From Candidatus Marinacidobacterales bacterium (GTDB lineage Bacteria; Acidobacteriota; Vicinamibacteria; Marinacidobacterales; SMYC01), in contig CBDCYI010000004.1 of NCBI GenBank assembly GCA_965224085.1, positions 1,568,001 through 1,632,000 of the forward strand: 64,000 nucleotides of DNA, in the 5' to 3' direction. Under the pieces are notes generated by a model. That model ran no database searches. It saw only the letters and a list, made by a program, of their open reading frames with translations, and had not been told where the DNA came from. Of this stretch, positions 9,975-18,575 are shown in pieces; within the stretch, counting starts at the first letter, position 1; every line of letters begins with the position of its first letter. Made by a program: the position numbers and the translations under genes.

Positions 9975-11297
9975 ATGACTGCCAAGACGTCGACCAGATC
10001 CGATCACCCGGCCGAGAAGACCCAGAGCGGAAGTTACTTCGTCTCCAACTACCCTCCTTACGCCAGTTGGACGGACCATGGCTCGAGTGAATTTCACCTG
10101 CAGTTGGAGCAGCCGGCAGGGAAGAACGTACCGCTCGGGATCTACATCCATATTCCATTCTGCCGACTGCGCTGTAAGTTCTGCTACTTCAAGATCTTCA
10201 CCGGTAAGAATGCGAAGGAAATCCAACGCTATCTGGATGGAGCGGTGCACGAACTTGAGCTCTATGCCAAGAGCCCGATCGTTGGCCGACGCAAGCCGCG
10301 ATTCGTCTACTTTGGCGGAGGAACGCCTTCCTATCTCTCGAGCCGGCAACTGGCCGGACTGGCGGACCGAATGCAGGACCTTCTTGTCTGGGACGAAGCG
10401 GAAGAGGTGGCTTTCGAATGCGAGCCGGGAACTCTGACCGAGCCAAAACTGAGGGCCATCCGAAACTTCGGAGTGACTCGACTGAGCCTCGGGGTCGAGC
10501 ATTTCGATGATGAGATCCTGAGCCTCAATGGCCGGGCCCACCTCTCCAAAGAGATCTTTCGTGCCTATGAGTATGCTCGATCGATCGACTTCCCTCAGAT
10601 CAACATCGATCTGATTGCAGGCATGATGGGAGAGACCTGGGAAAAATGGCGATCCTGTGTCAAACATGCTCTGGACCTGCAGCCCGACAGCATCACCCTC
10701 TATCAGATGGAGCTCCCCCACAACACCTCCATCTCCCGAGAGATGAGGGAGCGGGGAGAGGTGGCCGGACCGGTGGCAGATTGGCAGACCAAGCGCGATT
10801 GGGTCCAGCACGGTTTTGAGGAGTTCGAGAAGCTCGGGTACACCGTTATTGATGGTTACACAGCCGTCAAGGACCCTGACCGAACCCGCTTTGTCTACCG
10901 AGAGCTCCTCTGGAGGGGAGCCGATATGATCGGAGTCGGCAACTCGGCGATTGGACACTTGGGAGGTGCTCACTACCAGAACGAGGCCAGCTTTGACGGC
11001 TATCTCGAGAAAATCGAGAACGACCGCTTACCGGTTTGGCGGACTCTCCAGCTAAACCGGCAAGAGCTTCTGATCCGAGAACTTATTCTGCAGCTAAAGT
11101 TCGGGCAAGTCAGCCGCGAATACTTCCAGAAAAAGTTCGACGTCGATATCCGATCCCACTTTGCAAAACCGATAGTCCGGCTCCAGGAGACAGGTCTACT
11201 GGAGGCCCGGGGCGGCGATCTGACTCTGACCCGAGAAGGTCTACTGCGCGTGGATGGACTGCTTCCCCAATTCTTCTTGCCCCAGCATCTGTCCTGA
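9975..11297 (+). CDS. HemN-like (class C) radical SAM protein
   Basis: YIHIPFCRLRCKFC, YFGGGTPS, NIDLIAGM and a HemN_C-like C-terminus; likely start MTAKT. Confidence 0.9.
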   Translation: MTAKTSTRSDHPAEKTQSGSYFVSNYPPYASWTDHGSSEFHLQLEQPAGKNVPLGIYIHIPFCRLRCKFCYFKIFTGKNAKEIQRYLDGAVHELELYAKSPIVGRRKPRFVYFGGGTPSYLSSRQLAGLADRMQDLLVWDEAEEVAFECEPGTLTEPKLRAIRNFGVTRLSLGVEHFDDEILSLNGRAHLSKEIFRAYEYARSIDFPQINIDLIAGMMGETWEKWRSCVKHALDLQPDSITLYQMELPHNTSISREMRERGEVAGPVADWQTKRDWVQHGFEEFEKLGYTVIDGYTAVKDPDRTRFVYRELLWRGADMIGVGNSAIGHLGGAHYQNEASFDGYLEKIENDRLPVWRTLQLNRQELLIRELILQLKFGQVSREYFQKKFDVDIRSHFAKPIVRLQETGLLEARGGDLTLTREGLLRVDGLLPQFFLPQHLS

Positions 11298-11309
11298 CGG
11301 TAAACCCTC

Positions 11310-11759
11310 ATGGCCTACGAATTCAAACTGACTGATCGGGTCCAGTTCGCGGAAACTGACCTCGCGGGAATTGTCCATTTCACGAATTTCTTTTGCTATA
11401 TGGAAGCGGCTGAGCACGCCTTCTATCGATCCCTGGGATTCAGTATCCACTCTCCAGGATTACCTCGAACCCTGGGCTTGCCGCGGGTTGCCGCGGCCTG
11501 CAAGTACCGCGCACCTCTCTACTTCGAGGATCAGTTCGAAACTCACCTCCTGGTGCGTGAAGTACGAGAGAAGACGCTCAGTTACGTCTTCTACTTCCGC
11601 CGCTTGTTGAGCGACGCCAGTCCGGTCGTTGCCCGCGCCGAGCTGACTATCGCCTGTGTAGCGATCGAGGACGGACTGGTATGCATGAAAGGAATTACCA
11701 TCCCGACGAGCTTGCGCGACCAGCTTGAGGTAGCGCCTGAGGAACTAATGGTCTCCTAG
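11310..11759 (+). CDS. Acyl-CoA thioesterase (4HBT/YbgC hotdog fold)
   Basis: RVQFAETDLAGIVHFTNFFCYMEAAE motif. Confidence 0.9.
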   Translation: MAYEFKLTDRVQFAETDLAGIVHFTNFFCYMEAAEHAFYRSLGFSIHSPGLPRTLGLPRVAAACKYRAPLYFEDQFETHLLVREVREKTLSYVFYFRRLLSDASPVVARAELTIACVAIEDGLVCMKGITIPTSLRDQLEVAPEELMVS

Positions 11760-12153
11760 GCTCCGGATGACAACCTGGGAGGTTATCCTACAAGGCTCCG
11801 CCCGTGCCGACCTGCCGGCTTGGGCAGAATCGCCCTTGTACTCCAAGCACCTGCTTGGCTTGGAATCAAGTTTGACTGGCTGGGTTTGGTCGAACCCTGG
11901 GTCGGCCGAAGGCTGCGCTCCGCTGGCGGCTCTGATAGTTGTGCCCTGAAGTTGAATGGGAGTCGATCACCGGATCTGGGAGTTGGAGTGCCCACTCTCG
12001 GAGCGCCAAGCGCCAGCGCGAGCGGAATGTGTGCCACTCTTAGCCCTAATCGCAAAATCTTCGAAGCACGAAAACGCGAAACAGCCGCACTGGGCGCAGG
12101 CAAGAAGCTCATTCTGGGGCACCCGCTCGCCGCCACGATAGGTGATTCTGCAC

Positions 12154-13025
12154 GGTATTGTCAAGTTGACGTTGAGCGAGCGAACCTATTGCGTCGAGCT
12201 GATTTCCTTTGCTCTCATCGGACGGCACAGGTTACCTCCCGCCAGACGATGAAAGCGCGGTCTCGTAGCTCCCGATGATGATGCGCTTGCAACAAATGCC
12301 GTCCGACGCGAAAGAGGTTTTGCACGAGTCCATGCACGGTCAAGAATCGTTGCGCCTGCCCAGGAGTTTTAAACTTCCGCATCTGTCGTTCCCGTTGTCG
12401 CGTCGGTTCGTGCGAGACTTCGGCTAGGTTGTTTCTGTACTGGTCAGTGTCGTGGACGACGGACGGCATGACCTCGCGGTGAGCGGCGCTGTAGCTTCTC
12501 AGTTTGTCGGTGACCAGCTGCCAGGGCGGACGGCCTTGCCCTTTCAACAGCTTGCGGAAGAATCGTTTGGCGGCTTTCTGATCACGGCGAGGCTGGACGA
12601 GGATATCAATCACATCACCATCTTGGTCTACCGCGCGCCAGAGGTATTGGCGTTCGCCTTGTATCTTTATGAAGACCTCGTCCAGGTGCCACGTGTCACC
12701 AAGGCGACCCTGCCGACGCTTCAGTCGCCGAGCGTATTCCGGCCCGAACTTGATGCACCAAAGTCGGATCGCTTCGTAGGAAACCGTGATGCCTCGCTGA
12801 GCAAGCAGCTCTTCGACGTTTCGAAAGCTCACGCAGAATCGGTGGTAGAGCCAGACGGCGTGGCTGATGATTTCCGGTGGAAATCGATAGCCGTGGTAGC
12901 TTGGCGCATCGGTCTTCATTGGACCATTCTGTCAGTCACCAGCTCAATTTGACAGCAATGGCACCGCCCGCGTGGGCGGAGGTCATCGGGGAGTGACCGA
13001 AATCGTTCGTTCACTCGAAAGTACC
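12154..13025 (-). mobile_element. IS6-family element, copy B (872 bp, IRL interrupted by a 66-bp insertion)
   Basis: Near-identical to copy A; intact transposase at 12215-12919. Confidence 0.93.
12215..12919 (-). CDS. IS6-family transposase
   Basis: 234 aa; 2 substitutions versus 8337-9041. Confidence 0.95.
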   Translation of the reverse strand: MKTDAPSYHGYRFPPEIISHAVWLYHRFCVSFRNVEELLAQRGITVSYEAIRLWCIKFGPEYARRLKRRQGRLGDTWHLDEVFIKIQGERQYLWRAVDQDGDVIDILVQPRRDQKAAKRFFRKLLKGQGRPPWQLVTDKLRSYSAAHREVMPSVVHDTDQYRNNLAEVSHEPTRQRERQMRKFKTPGQAQRFLTVHGLVQNLFRVGRHLLQAHHHRELRDRAFIVWREVTCAVR

Positions 13026-13383
13026 GTTTGACGGAGTGAACGGAGTGAAGCAAACAATCGACCTCCTCGCCGCTCAAGATATCGGGTAACGTTCGAGGTT
13101 TCTTGGGCCAAGGAATCTTCGCCACCTCCTCCGGGCGGTTGAGTGTGGTTGCGTAGAGAAACTTGAGAGAGGCGACGTACATGTGGTGGCTGGCCGGAGA
13201 GGCCTTCTTCTCGTTAACGAGATGAATCAGATAATCGCGGGTCTCCGGCTCGCCCATCTCGGCGGGTGAGCGCATGTAATGTGCCGCGAAATGGCGCGCT
13301 CGCAGCAGATACTCCTCCTGCGTGGAGCGTGCGAACCCCTTCAGTTTCATGTCGGCAAGCATTTTTTCGCTAAGGCATCCCAT
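13026..13383 (-). pseudogene. Tyrosine recombinase N-terminal (SAM-like) part of the type paired with IS91-like transposases, truncated by IS6
   Basis: MLADMKLKGFARSTQEEYL...SPAEMG...ASLKFLY...KKPRTLPDILSGEEV; homology stops at the IS6 end. Confidence 0.8.
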
Positions 13384-13661
13384 GATTATTCCTCCAGTGA
13401 TTTAGCAGACGACGACCATCGCCGCCCGCGGGGGACAGGGATGATGCCATGTGTGAGAGAGCGGTTCCGAGAAACGCAGGACTCGTTGTCCAGAGCGAAG
13501 ATCGAACGAATGAAGACGACGGCGAAGCCGTCCTCCTTATTCCCTTCTGGCTCCCGTGGCCCGGAAAAACAAGGGAAACGGGTTAGAGGCGAGTGAGTTC
13601 ACCGCGGCTGGCTTGCCGTGCAAAACCCGGAGTCCGGAGCCCCTGCCGGAGGCACCCGTCC

Positions 13662-13788
13662 GCCCATCGCCCATAGTGACTCGCATCACGGCGCGTAGGT
13701 TGTGTCCAGGGCGGCGCAGCCGGCGCGCGAAGCGCGCGAAACCCTTGACACGACCTGCGCGCCGTGATTCCCTGGAAGGGCGATGGGC
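13662..13788. repeat. Long imperfect inverted repeat (stem-loop) in the integrase leader
   Basis: GCCCATCGCCC/GGGCGATGGGC, ATCACGGCGCG/CGCGCCGTGAT, and TAGGTTGTGTCCAGGG paired imperfectly with CCCTTGACACGACCTG. Confidence 0.8.
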
Positions 13789-13939
13789 TGCGGCGAAAAA
13801 GGCGCAGGCAAAATGCCCCCAGTTTGGCTCACCAGTTCGGGAGAGCTTGCAGGTCCCGCCGCCGCGCGAGCGGCTTAGTTCAACCCTCGTTTTGTTGACT
13901 CGAGTCATCGGCTTGGCCTAGGATAGGAATTCCTTTTGT

Positions 13940-14015
13940 GGGGCTGTGGCGCAGCTGGGAGCGCGCCTGAATGGCATTCAGGAGGCCACGGGTTCGATCC
14001 CCGTCAGCTCCACCA
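13940..14015 (+). tRNA. tRNA-Ala (GGC)
   Basis: GGGGCTG acceptor with G3-U70, CCTGA-ATGGCAT-TCAGG, TTCGATC loop, CCA end; 76 nt. Confidence 0.95.
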
Positions 14016-14199
14016 AAGGAATCAGCAAGTTAGAGGTTACAGAAACTAGGCGCTGTGGAAAAGGGGCTAGTAGGGGACCATGGGGGGCCGATTCGATTTG
14101 GGGCGCCCTAAAACCCTCCAACCGTGGAATTTCATCGTCCGTTCCGATCATCGGCTGTGAAGCGTAACCTCCATTTTGGCGGCAAGCTCCGGTAGTGGT

Positions 14200-14661
14200 C
14201 TAGTTGCAATAATCTCGCCCGTGGTCCAGTACATCTCCTTGCCGAGCTTCGTCGAGCTCAACGGCAAGCGCGGACAAGAGGTTGAACTCGGTATCGGAGG
14301 GACGCAAGACGTCGACGAAATCCTCGCTGGCGAGGAGCGCGTGGAGGCGCAATTTCTCGAGTGCGCTAGAAAGCGTGAACTGCACGCCGTGTAGCGGCAG
14401 GCCCTCGAAGCCCTCCTCGCGCGCCCCAGCGCGGCGGCTCCAAACGACGCGAGCCGCGATCTTGCACAGGCGTGGCTGATGGTAGAAGGAGAGCTTGAGG
14501 TAAACCTCGCTCCCGGGAGCCAGAGGTCTGTCGGTCACGAGGCAGGCACCGGTCATCGAAATGTTGGTCAGCACGCCGTAGTCGCGCTGCTGGGAATCCG
14601 TGAACACCGCCGCGGTCGCGGCGTGTTTAGGTGCCAGCCGTTGAATCGTTCGCTTCTCCAT
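14200..14661 (-). CDS. PilZ-domain protein
   Basis: KRTIQR and NISMTGA (RxxxR, D/NxSxxG), ARVVWSR; start uncertain. Confidence 0.75.
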   Translation of the reverse strand: MEKRTIQRLAPKHAATAAVFTDSQQRDYGVLTNISMTGACLVTDRPLAPGSEVYLKLSFYHQPRLCKIAARVVWSRRAGAREEGFEGLPLHGVQFTLSSALEKLRLHALLASEDFVDVLRPSDTEFNLLSALAVELDEARQGDVLDHGRDYCN

Positions 14662-15078
14662 AGGAACGGCTTCTCCAAAGGAGGTAGTGTCCGCTCGGCG
14701 AAAGTCCAATGCCGAGCGAGAGAACATCTGGTTCAGTGTATGCATGAGTTTTTGGTCTCCGGGGTCTCTTTGCAAGTGCTATACCATCGTCGGTGCGGGA
14801 TGGATCTTTCTTGTAACTGGCTTATTGATGTCGTTTACGCCTTTCTTGTCCAGTCGCCATTCCGGGGATCCACCGGAATGCGCCCGCAAAAGCGGCGGGG
14901 CGATAAGAAAGGCGGTGGGTCCGCGGAAAAAGCGGCGGGCCTCCAGGTTCGTGATAGCCGGTCGCCTAATGATGCTACACTTCACCGGTGCCGACGTGCA
15001 TGAGCTAGCGGCGGCGGCTCGCCCGACAGACCTCGCAGCGTGCTGACGCGCGACAAGAAATCACGTTGTAACCTTTGC

Positions 15079-15132
15079 ATCCATTCATCTGGAAGTGACT
15101 GGGGTCTGGTGGCCTCCTCGGACTTCAAATCC
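15079..15132 (+). repeat. 54-bp att core, copy 2 (tRNA-Sec 5' fragment)
   Basis: ATCCATTCATCT-GGAAGTGACTGGGGTCTGGTGGCCTCCTCGGACTTCAAATCC, ending in the anticodon stem. Confidence 0.9.
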
Positions 15133-15200
15133 CATCTGGACCGAGCACATGTTCGATGGATACGACGCTTGTGTCGTCCTGTCAAGGAGTTAGCCCGTTT

Positions 15201-15233
15201 CGAGTTCGACTGAGTTCGACCAAGTTCGACTGA
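15201..15233 (+). repeat. Three tandem 10-bp repeats (NNAGTTCGAC) near the att site
   Basis: cgagttcgac tgagttcgac caagttcgac tga. Confidence 0.8.
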
Positions 15234-15371
15234 CTTGCGCGACAAGGTGGCACAAATGTGTCACACGTGGCGAGTCGACGTGCTATTTCTGTTACTCTCC
15301 CTAGTTTTGGGAGACGCCGGGCGTGAGTGTGCCCGCCTCGGCGCTTAACTCCCGCTTGGCGAGAATACCGG

Positions 15372-16127
15372 TTACTTGTTCTTGCGGCGGTTGGAGCGGA
15401 TGAGGCCGAGGAGCCCGGCGCCGAGGAGGAAGATGGTGGAGGGTTCGGGCACGGCAGCCTGGACATCCCCGTCACGCACGGCCCAAGGGACCCAAATAGA
15501 ATCGTTCTCAACCCAGCCCCCCGTCTGGTGGCCGGCTGGCTCAAACCTTCGGATGAAAATAAAGTAGTAGGCCCAGTCCACAAGCTCCGGAGTTCCGCCG
15601 GGGCCGCAGTCGGAGCACATAACCTGGTCCTGGAGTTTCGTTTCCGACCAAAACCCCCCGTTCCGTCCTGCCTCGAGATTCGCAAACAGCGCGAGGTCTG
15701 GATCGCCGCTATCGAGAATCGATTGGAGGTAAGTACCTCCCAGCTCGTTGTAAAACATGTGTCCCATCTCGCTACCGGTGCAGTTTCCCCCGAATGAACT
15801 TACGAAGGTGGACATGCCCGAGCATGTCGGGTCCGACAGCAGCGTTATGGGTAGACGCCAGTCGTTGAAACCGAGGTAGCCGGTTCCACCGGCCGCGTTC
15901 ATTGCAGGCAGCCACTCGTAATGAGCGGTGATCCACGACATCGTCCCATCGGCGTTAATGCCTGACACGCCGAACGTTTGACTCGCTGCAAGATTCGCAT
16001 CTGCAAGCCAGGTTATATCGAGGTCGGTATCGTAGACGGCTTGCCCACCCAGCCGCGGGATCAGCGTCGCGTGGGCTGGCGCTGCCAACAGCACCAACAA
16101 GCCCGTACTCAATAGTAGCTTTAGCAC
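15372..16127 (-). CDS. Secreted PEP-CTERM protein (DUF1566-like region)
   Basis: Signal peptide ending AHA, YDTDLDITWLADAN, GFNDWRLP, C-terminal VPEPSTIFLLGAGLLGL plus basic tail; start uncertain. Confidence 0.85.
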   Translation of the reverse strand: MLKLLLSTGLLVLLAAPAHATLIPRLGGQAVYDTDLDITWLADANLAASQTFGVSGINADGTMSWITAHYEWLPAMNAAGGTGYLGFNDWRLPITLLSDPTCSGMSTFVSSFGGNCTGSEMGHMFYNELGGTYLQSILDSGDPDLALFANLEAGRNGGFWSETKLQDQVMCSDCGPGGTPELVDWAYYFIFIRRFEPAGHQTGGWVENDSIWVPWAVRDGDVQAAVPEPSTIFLLGAGLLGLIRSNRRKNK

Positions 16128-16535
16128 TTTGCGCGTCAGGAACTCCGATCTGACAAGTGAAGCAACTACCACGCCACTTCCAAGAAACGTGGTGTTTCCA
16201 TACATTTAGGACCAACCGCGACTTTATGAAGAGACCCAGAACGTAAGCTATTCCGACGCAGCACATCAACAGAACAACAAAGTCTAACTACGACTCTTTT
16301 TAGAATCAGTAACTTGCCGATAGCGCGTAGGTTCGTAGGCCAAGCGTAGGATTTCCGACAGTTGATCGCTCCGTCGGAGGCTCCCGCTCCTGCTTCTTCG
16401 TCTGGGTCGGGTGGAAGCGAGCCGGGCTGAGCACTCTACCCGCTTGGGGACTGTGCCGACGATGAGTGAAAACGACGTTCTAGGTTGAAAACCGACCTCC
16501 TTTCTGATTCTATTCACCCCGAGAGGGCTCCATGG

Positions 16536-16805
16536 ATGCGCGTTATTGCCATCGCTCTCGTTTGGCTTGCGACGAGCGCGTTTACTCAGACGTTTGATGC
16601 GAAGGTCGTTGGCGTTCACGACGGCGATACGATCACTGTCTATGATGGCCGCGAGCAGACACGAATTCGTCTCGATGGAATCGACTGCCCGGAGAACGGC
16701 ACGGACTTCTCCCAACGAGCGAAGCAATTCACGTCCGAGCTCGTCTTCGGAAGGCAGGTTCGGATTGACGGCAAAGAGACGGACCAATACGGCCGCCTCG
16801 TCTGA
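16536..16805 (+). pseudogene. Thermonuclease (SNase-like), C-terminally truncated
   Basis: VVGVHDGDTITV, IRLDGIDCPE, DQYGRLV then a premature end. Confidence 0.8.
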
Positions 16806-16960
16806 ATGCGGACTGGAGTCAGTCGACGTTGAAACCGCGTTCGAAGCCGTCGTGGGTGAGGAGACAATGCGCCCCCTAATAGGCGTGGGGCAATCGCCCG
16901 GCCGCTCTTCGTGAGGAAGTCGACCCACCAGAAAACTCAGGCACAATGAGGACACCATAG

Positions 16961-17430
16961 ATGACCATATTGGTGGTTGGAGCCACAGGCATGACCGGAC
17001 GGTCCCTAGTGAAACAGTTGCAGGGCAAGGGTCACAACGTTCGCGTTATTGTACGCTCGTCTCACAAACTCCCCGCCGAGGTTTTGGAAAACTCAAACAC
17101 GACGGTCATAGAGGCCAGTGTTCTCGACTTAACTGATGAGGAGATGGCGGAGCACGTAAAGAACTGTGATGCAGTTGTCTCGTGCTTAGGACATGTCATG
17201 GATTTCCGCGGAATGTTTGGAGATCCGAAAAATCTATGCACAGACGCGACGCGACGTTTATGTGACGTGATCGAAAAGAATGGCCCTCCCAAACCCACCA
17301 AATTCATTCTTATGAACACCGTTGGGGTCCAGAATCCCGATCTCGAAGAGAAGAGGACTTGGTTTGACCGGGGACTCCTTATCCTCTTGCGTCACACTTT
17401 GCCTCCGGCCAGGGACAATGAAACAGCGGC
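16961..17430 (+). pseudogene. NAD(P)H-binding Rossmann protein (atypical SDR), truncated
   Basis: ILVVGATGMTGR, DAVVSCLG; runs into integrase sequence at about 17430. Confidence 0.75.
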
Positions 17431-17580
17431 TCAGCCGCTGGACACCCAGTGCGTGGTATGAAGTTGTTGCGCGAGAACAACAATAAGATGCGAGTGCTTT
17501 CCTCTGAGGAGGAGGTGGCGCTTTTGAAGGCAGCTCGAGCCAGCCGGCAGCCTCAGTTGGCTCTCTTTATTGTTATGGAA
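17431..17580 (+). pseudogene. Middle fragment of the tRNA-Sec island integrase
   Basis: HPVRGMKLLRENNNKMRVLSSEEEVALL...LFIVM joins in frame to MALYTGLRRGE at 8273 on the minus strand. Confidence 0.8.
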
Positions 17581-18452
17581 GGTACTTTCGAGTGAACGAA
17601 CGATTTCGGTCACTCCCCGATGACCTCCGCCCACGCGGGCGGTGCCATTGCTGTCAAATTGAGCTGGTGACTGACAGAATGGTCCAATGAAGACCGATGC
17701 GCCAAGCTACCACGGCTATCGATTTCCACCGGAAATCATCAGCCACGCCGTCTGGCTCTACCACCGATTCTGCGTGAGCTTTCGAAACGTCGAAGAGCTG
17801 CTTGCTCAGCGAGGCATCACGGTTTCCTACGAAGCGATCCGACTTTGGTGCATCAAGTTCGGGCCGGAATACGCTCGGCGACTGAAGCGTCGGCAGGGTC
17901 GCCTTGGTGACACGTGGCACCTGGACGAGGTCTTCATAAAGATACAAGGCGAACGCCAATACCTCTGGCGCGCGGTAGACCAAGATGGTGATGTGATTGA
18001 TATCCTCGTCCAGCCTCGCCGTGATCAGAAAGCCGCCAAACGATTCTTCCGCAAGCTGTTGAAAGGGCAAGGCCGTCCGCCCTGGCAGCTGGTCACCGAC
18101 AAACTGAGAAGCTACAGCGCCGCTCACCGCGAGGTCATGCCGTCCGTCGTCCACGACACTGACCAGTACAGAAACAACCTAGCCGAAGTCTCGCACGAAC
18201 CGACGTGACAACGGGAACGACAGATGCGGAAGTTTAAAACTCCTGGGCAGGCGCAACGATTCTTGACCGTGCATGGACTCGTGCAAAACCTCTTTCGCGT
18301 CGGACGGCATTTGTTGCAAGCGCATCATCATCGGGAGCTACGAGACCGCGCTTTCATCGTCTGGCAGGAGGTAACCTGTGCCGTCCGATGAGAGCAAAGG
18401 AAATCAGCTCGACGCAATAGGTTCGCTCGCTCAACGTCAACTTGACAATACC
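17581..18452 (+). mobile_element. IS6-family element, copy C (872 bp, same 66-bp IRL insertion; transposase has a CGA>TGA nonsense codon at 18206)
   Basis: Inverted near-identical copy of 12154-13025. Confidence 0.93.
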
Positions 18453-18575
18453 CTCAAAAGGAGTGGAAATGAAGTAGAAGTAAAGGAATTGGAATCCTTC
18501 GTTCAAGGGGAAACCGTGGTATCCTAAGAAGCGTCTTTCAATGCAGAAGGGGGCAGTGCCATTTGGAGGAGGACT

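Noticed and set aside
13026-13383. Integron integrase with a cassette array
   Set aside because: Only the N-terminal part is present and no attC-flanked cassettes were seen.
14016-14120. Intact island at the tRNA-Ala 3' end
   Set aside because: An IHF-like AATCAGCAAGTTA follows the tRNA, but no duplicated tRNA-Ala 3' fragment or matching integrase was found in the window.
15091-15132. Second tRNA-Sec gene or split tRNA
   Set aside because: It stops inside the anticodon stem with no 3' half; it is better explained as an att-site duplication.
15201-15233. Short tandem repeats as a CRISPR array
   Set aside because: 10-bp units with no spacers and no cas genes; no repeat-spacer array was seen anywhere in the window.
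16803-16805. TGA ending the thermonuclease as Sec readthrough
   Set aside because: The downstream sequence does not continue the SNase fold; it looks like a deletion junction.
18206-18208. In-frame TGA in IS6 copy C as selenocysteine recoding, given the nearby selC
   Set aside because: The sister copies have CGA (Arg) here, not Cys; this is a simple C>T nonsense change.
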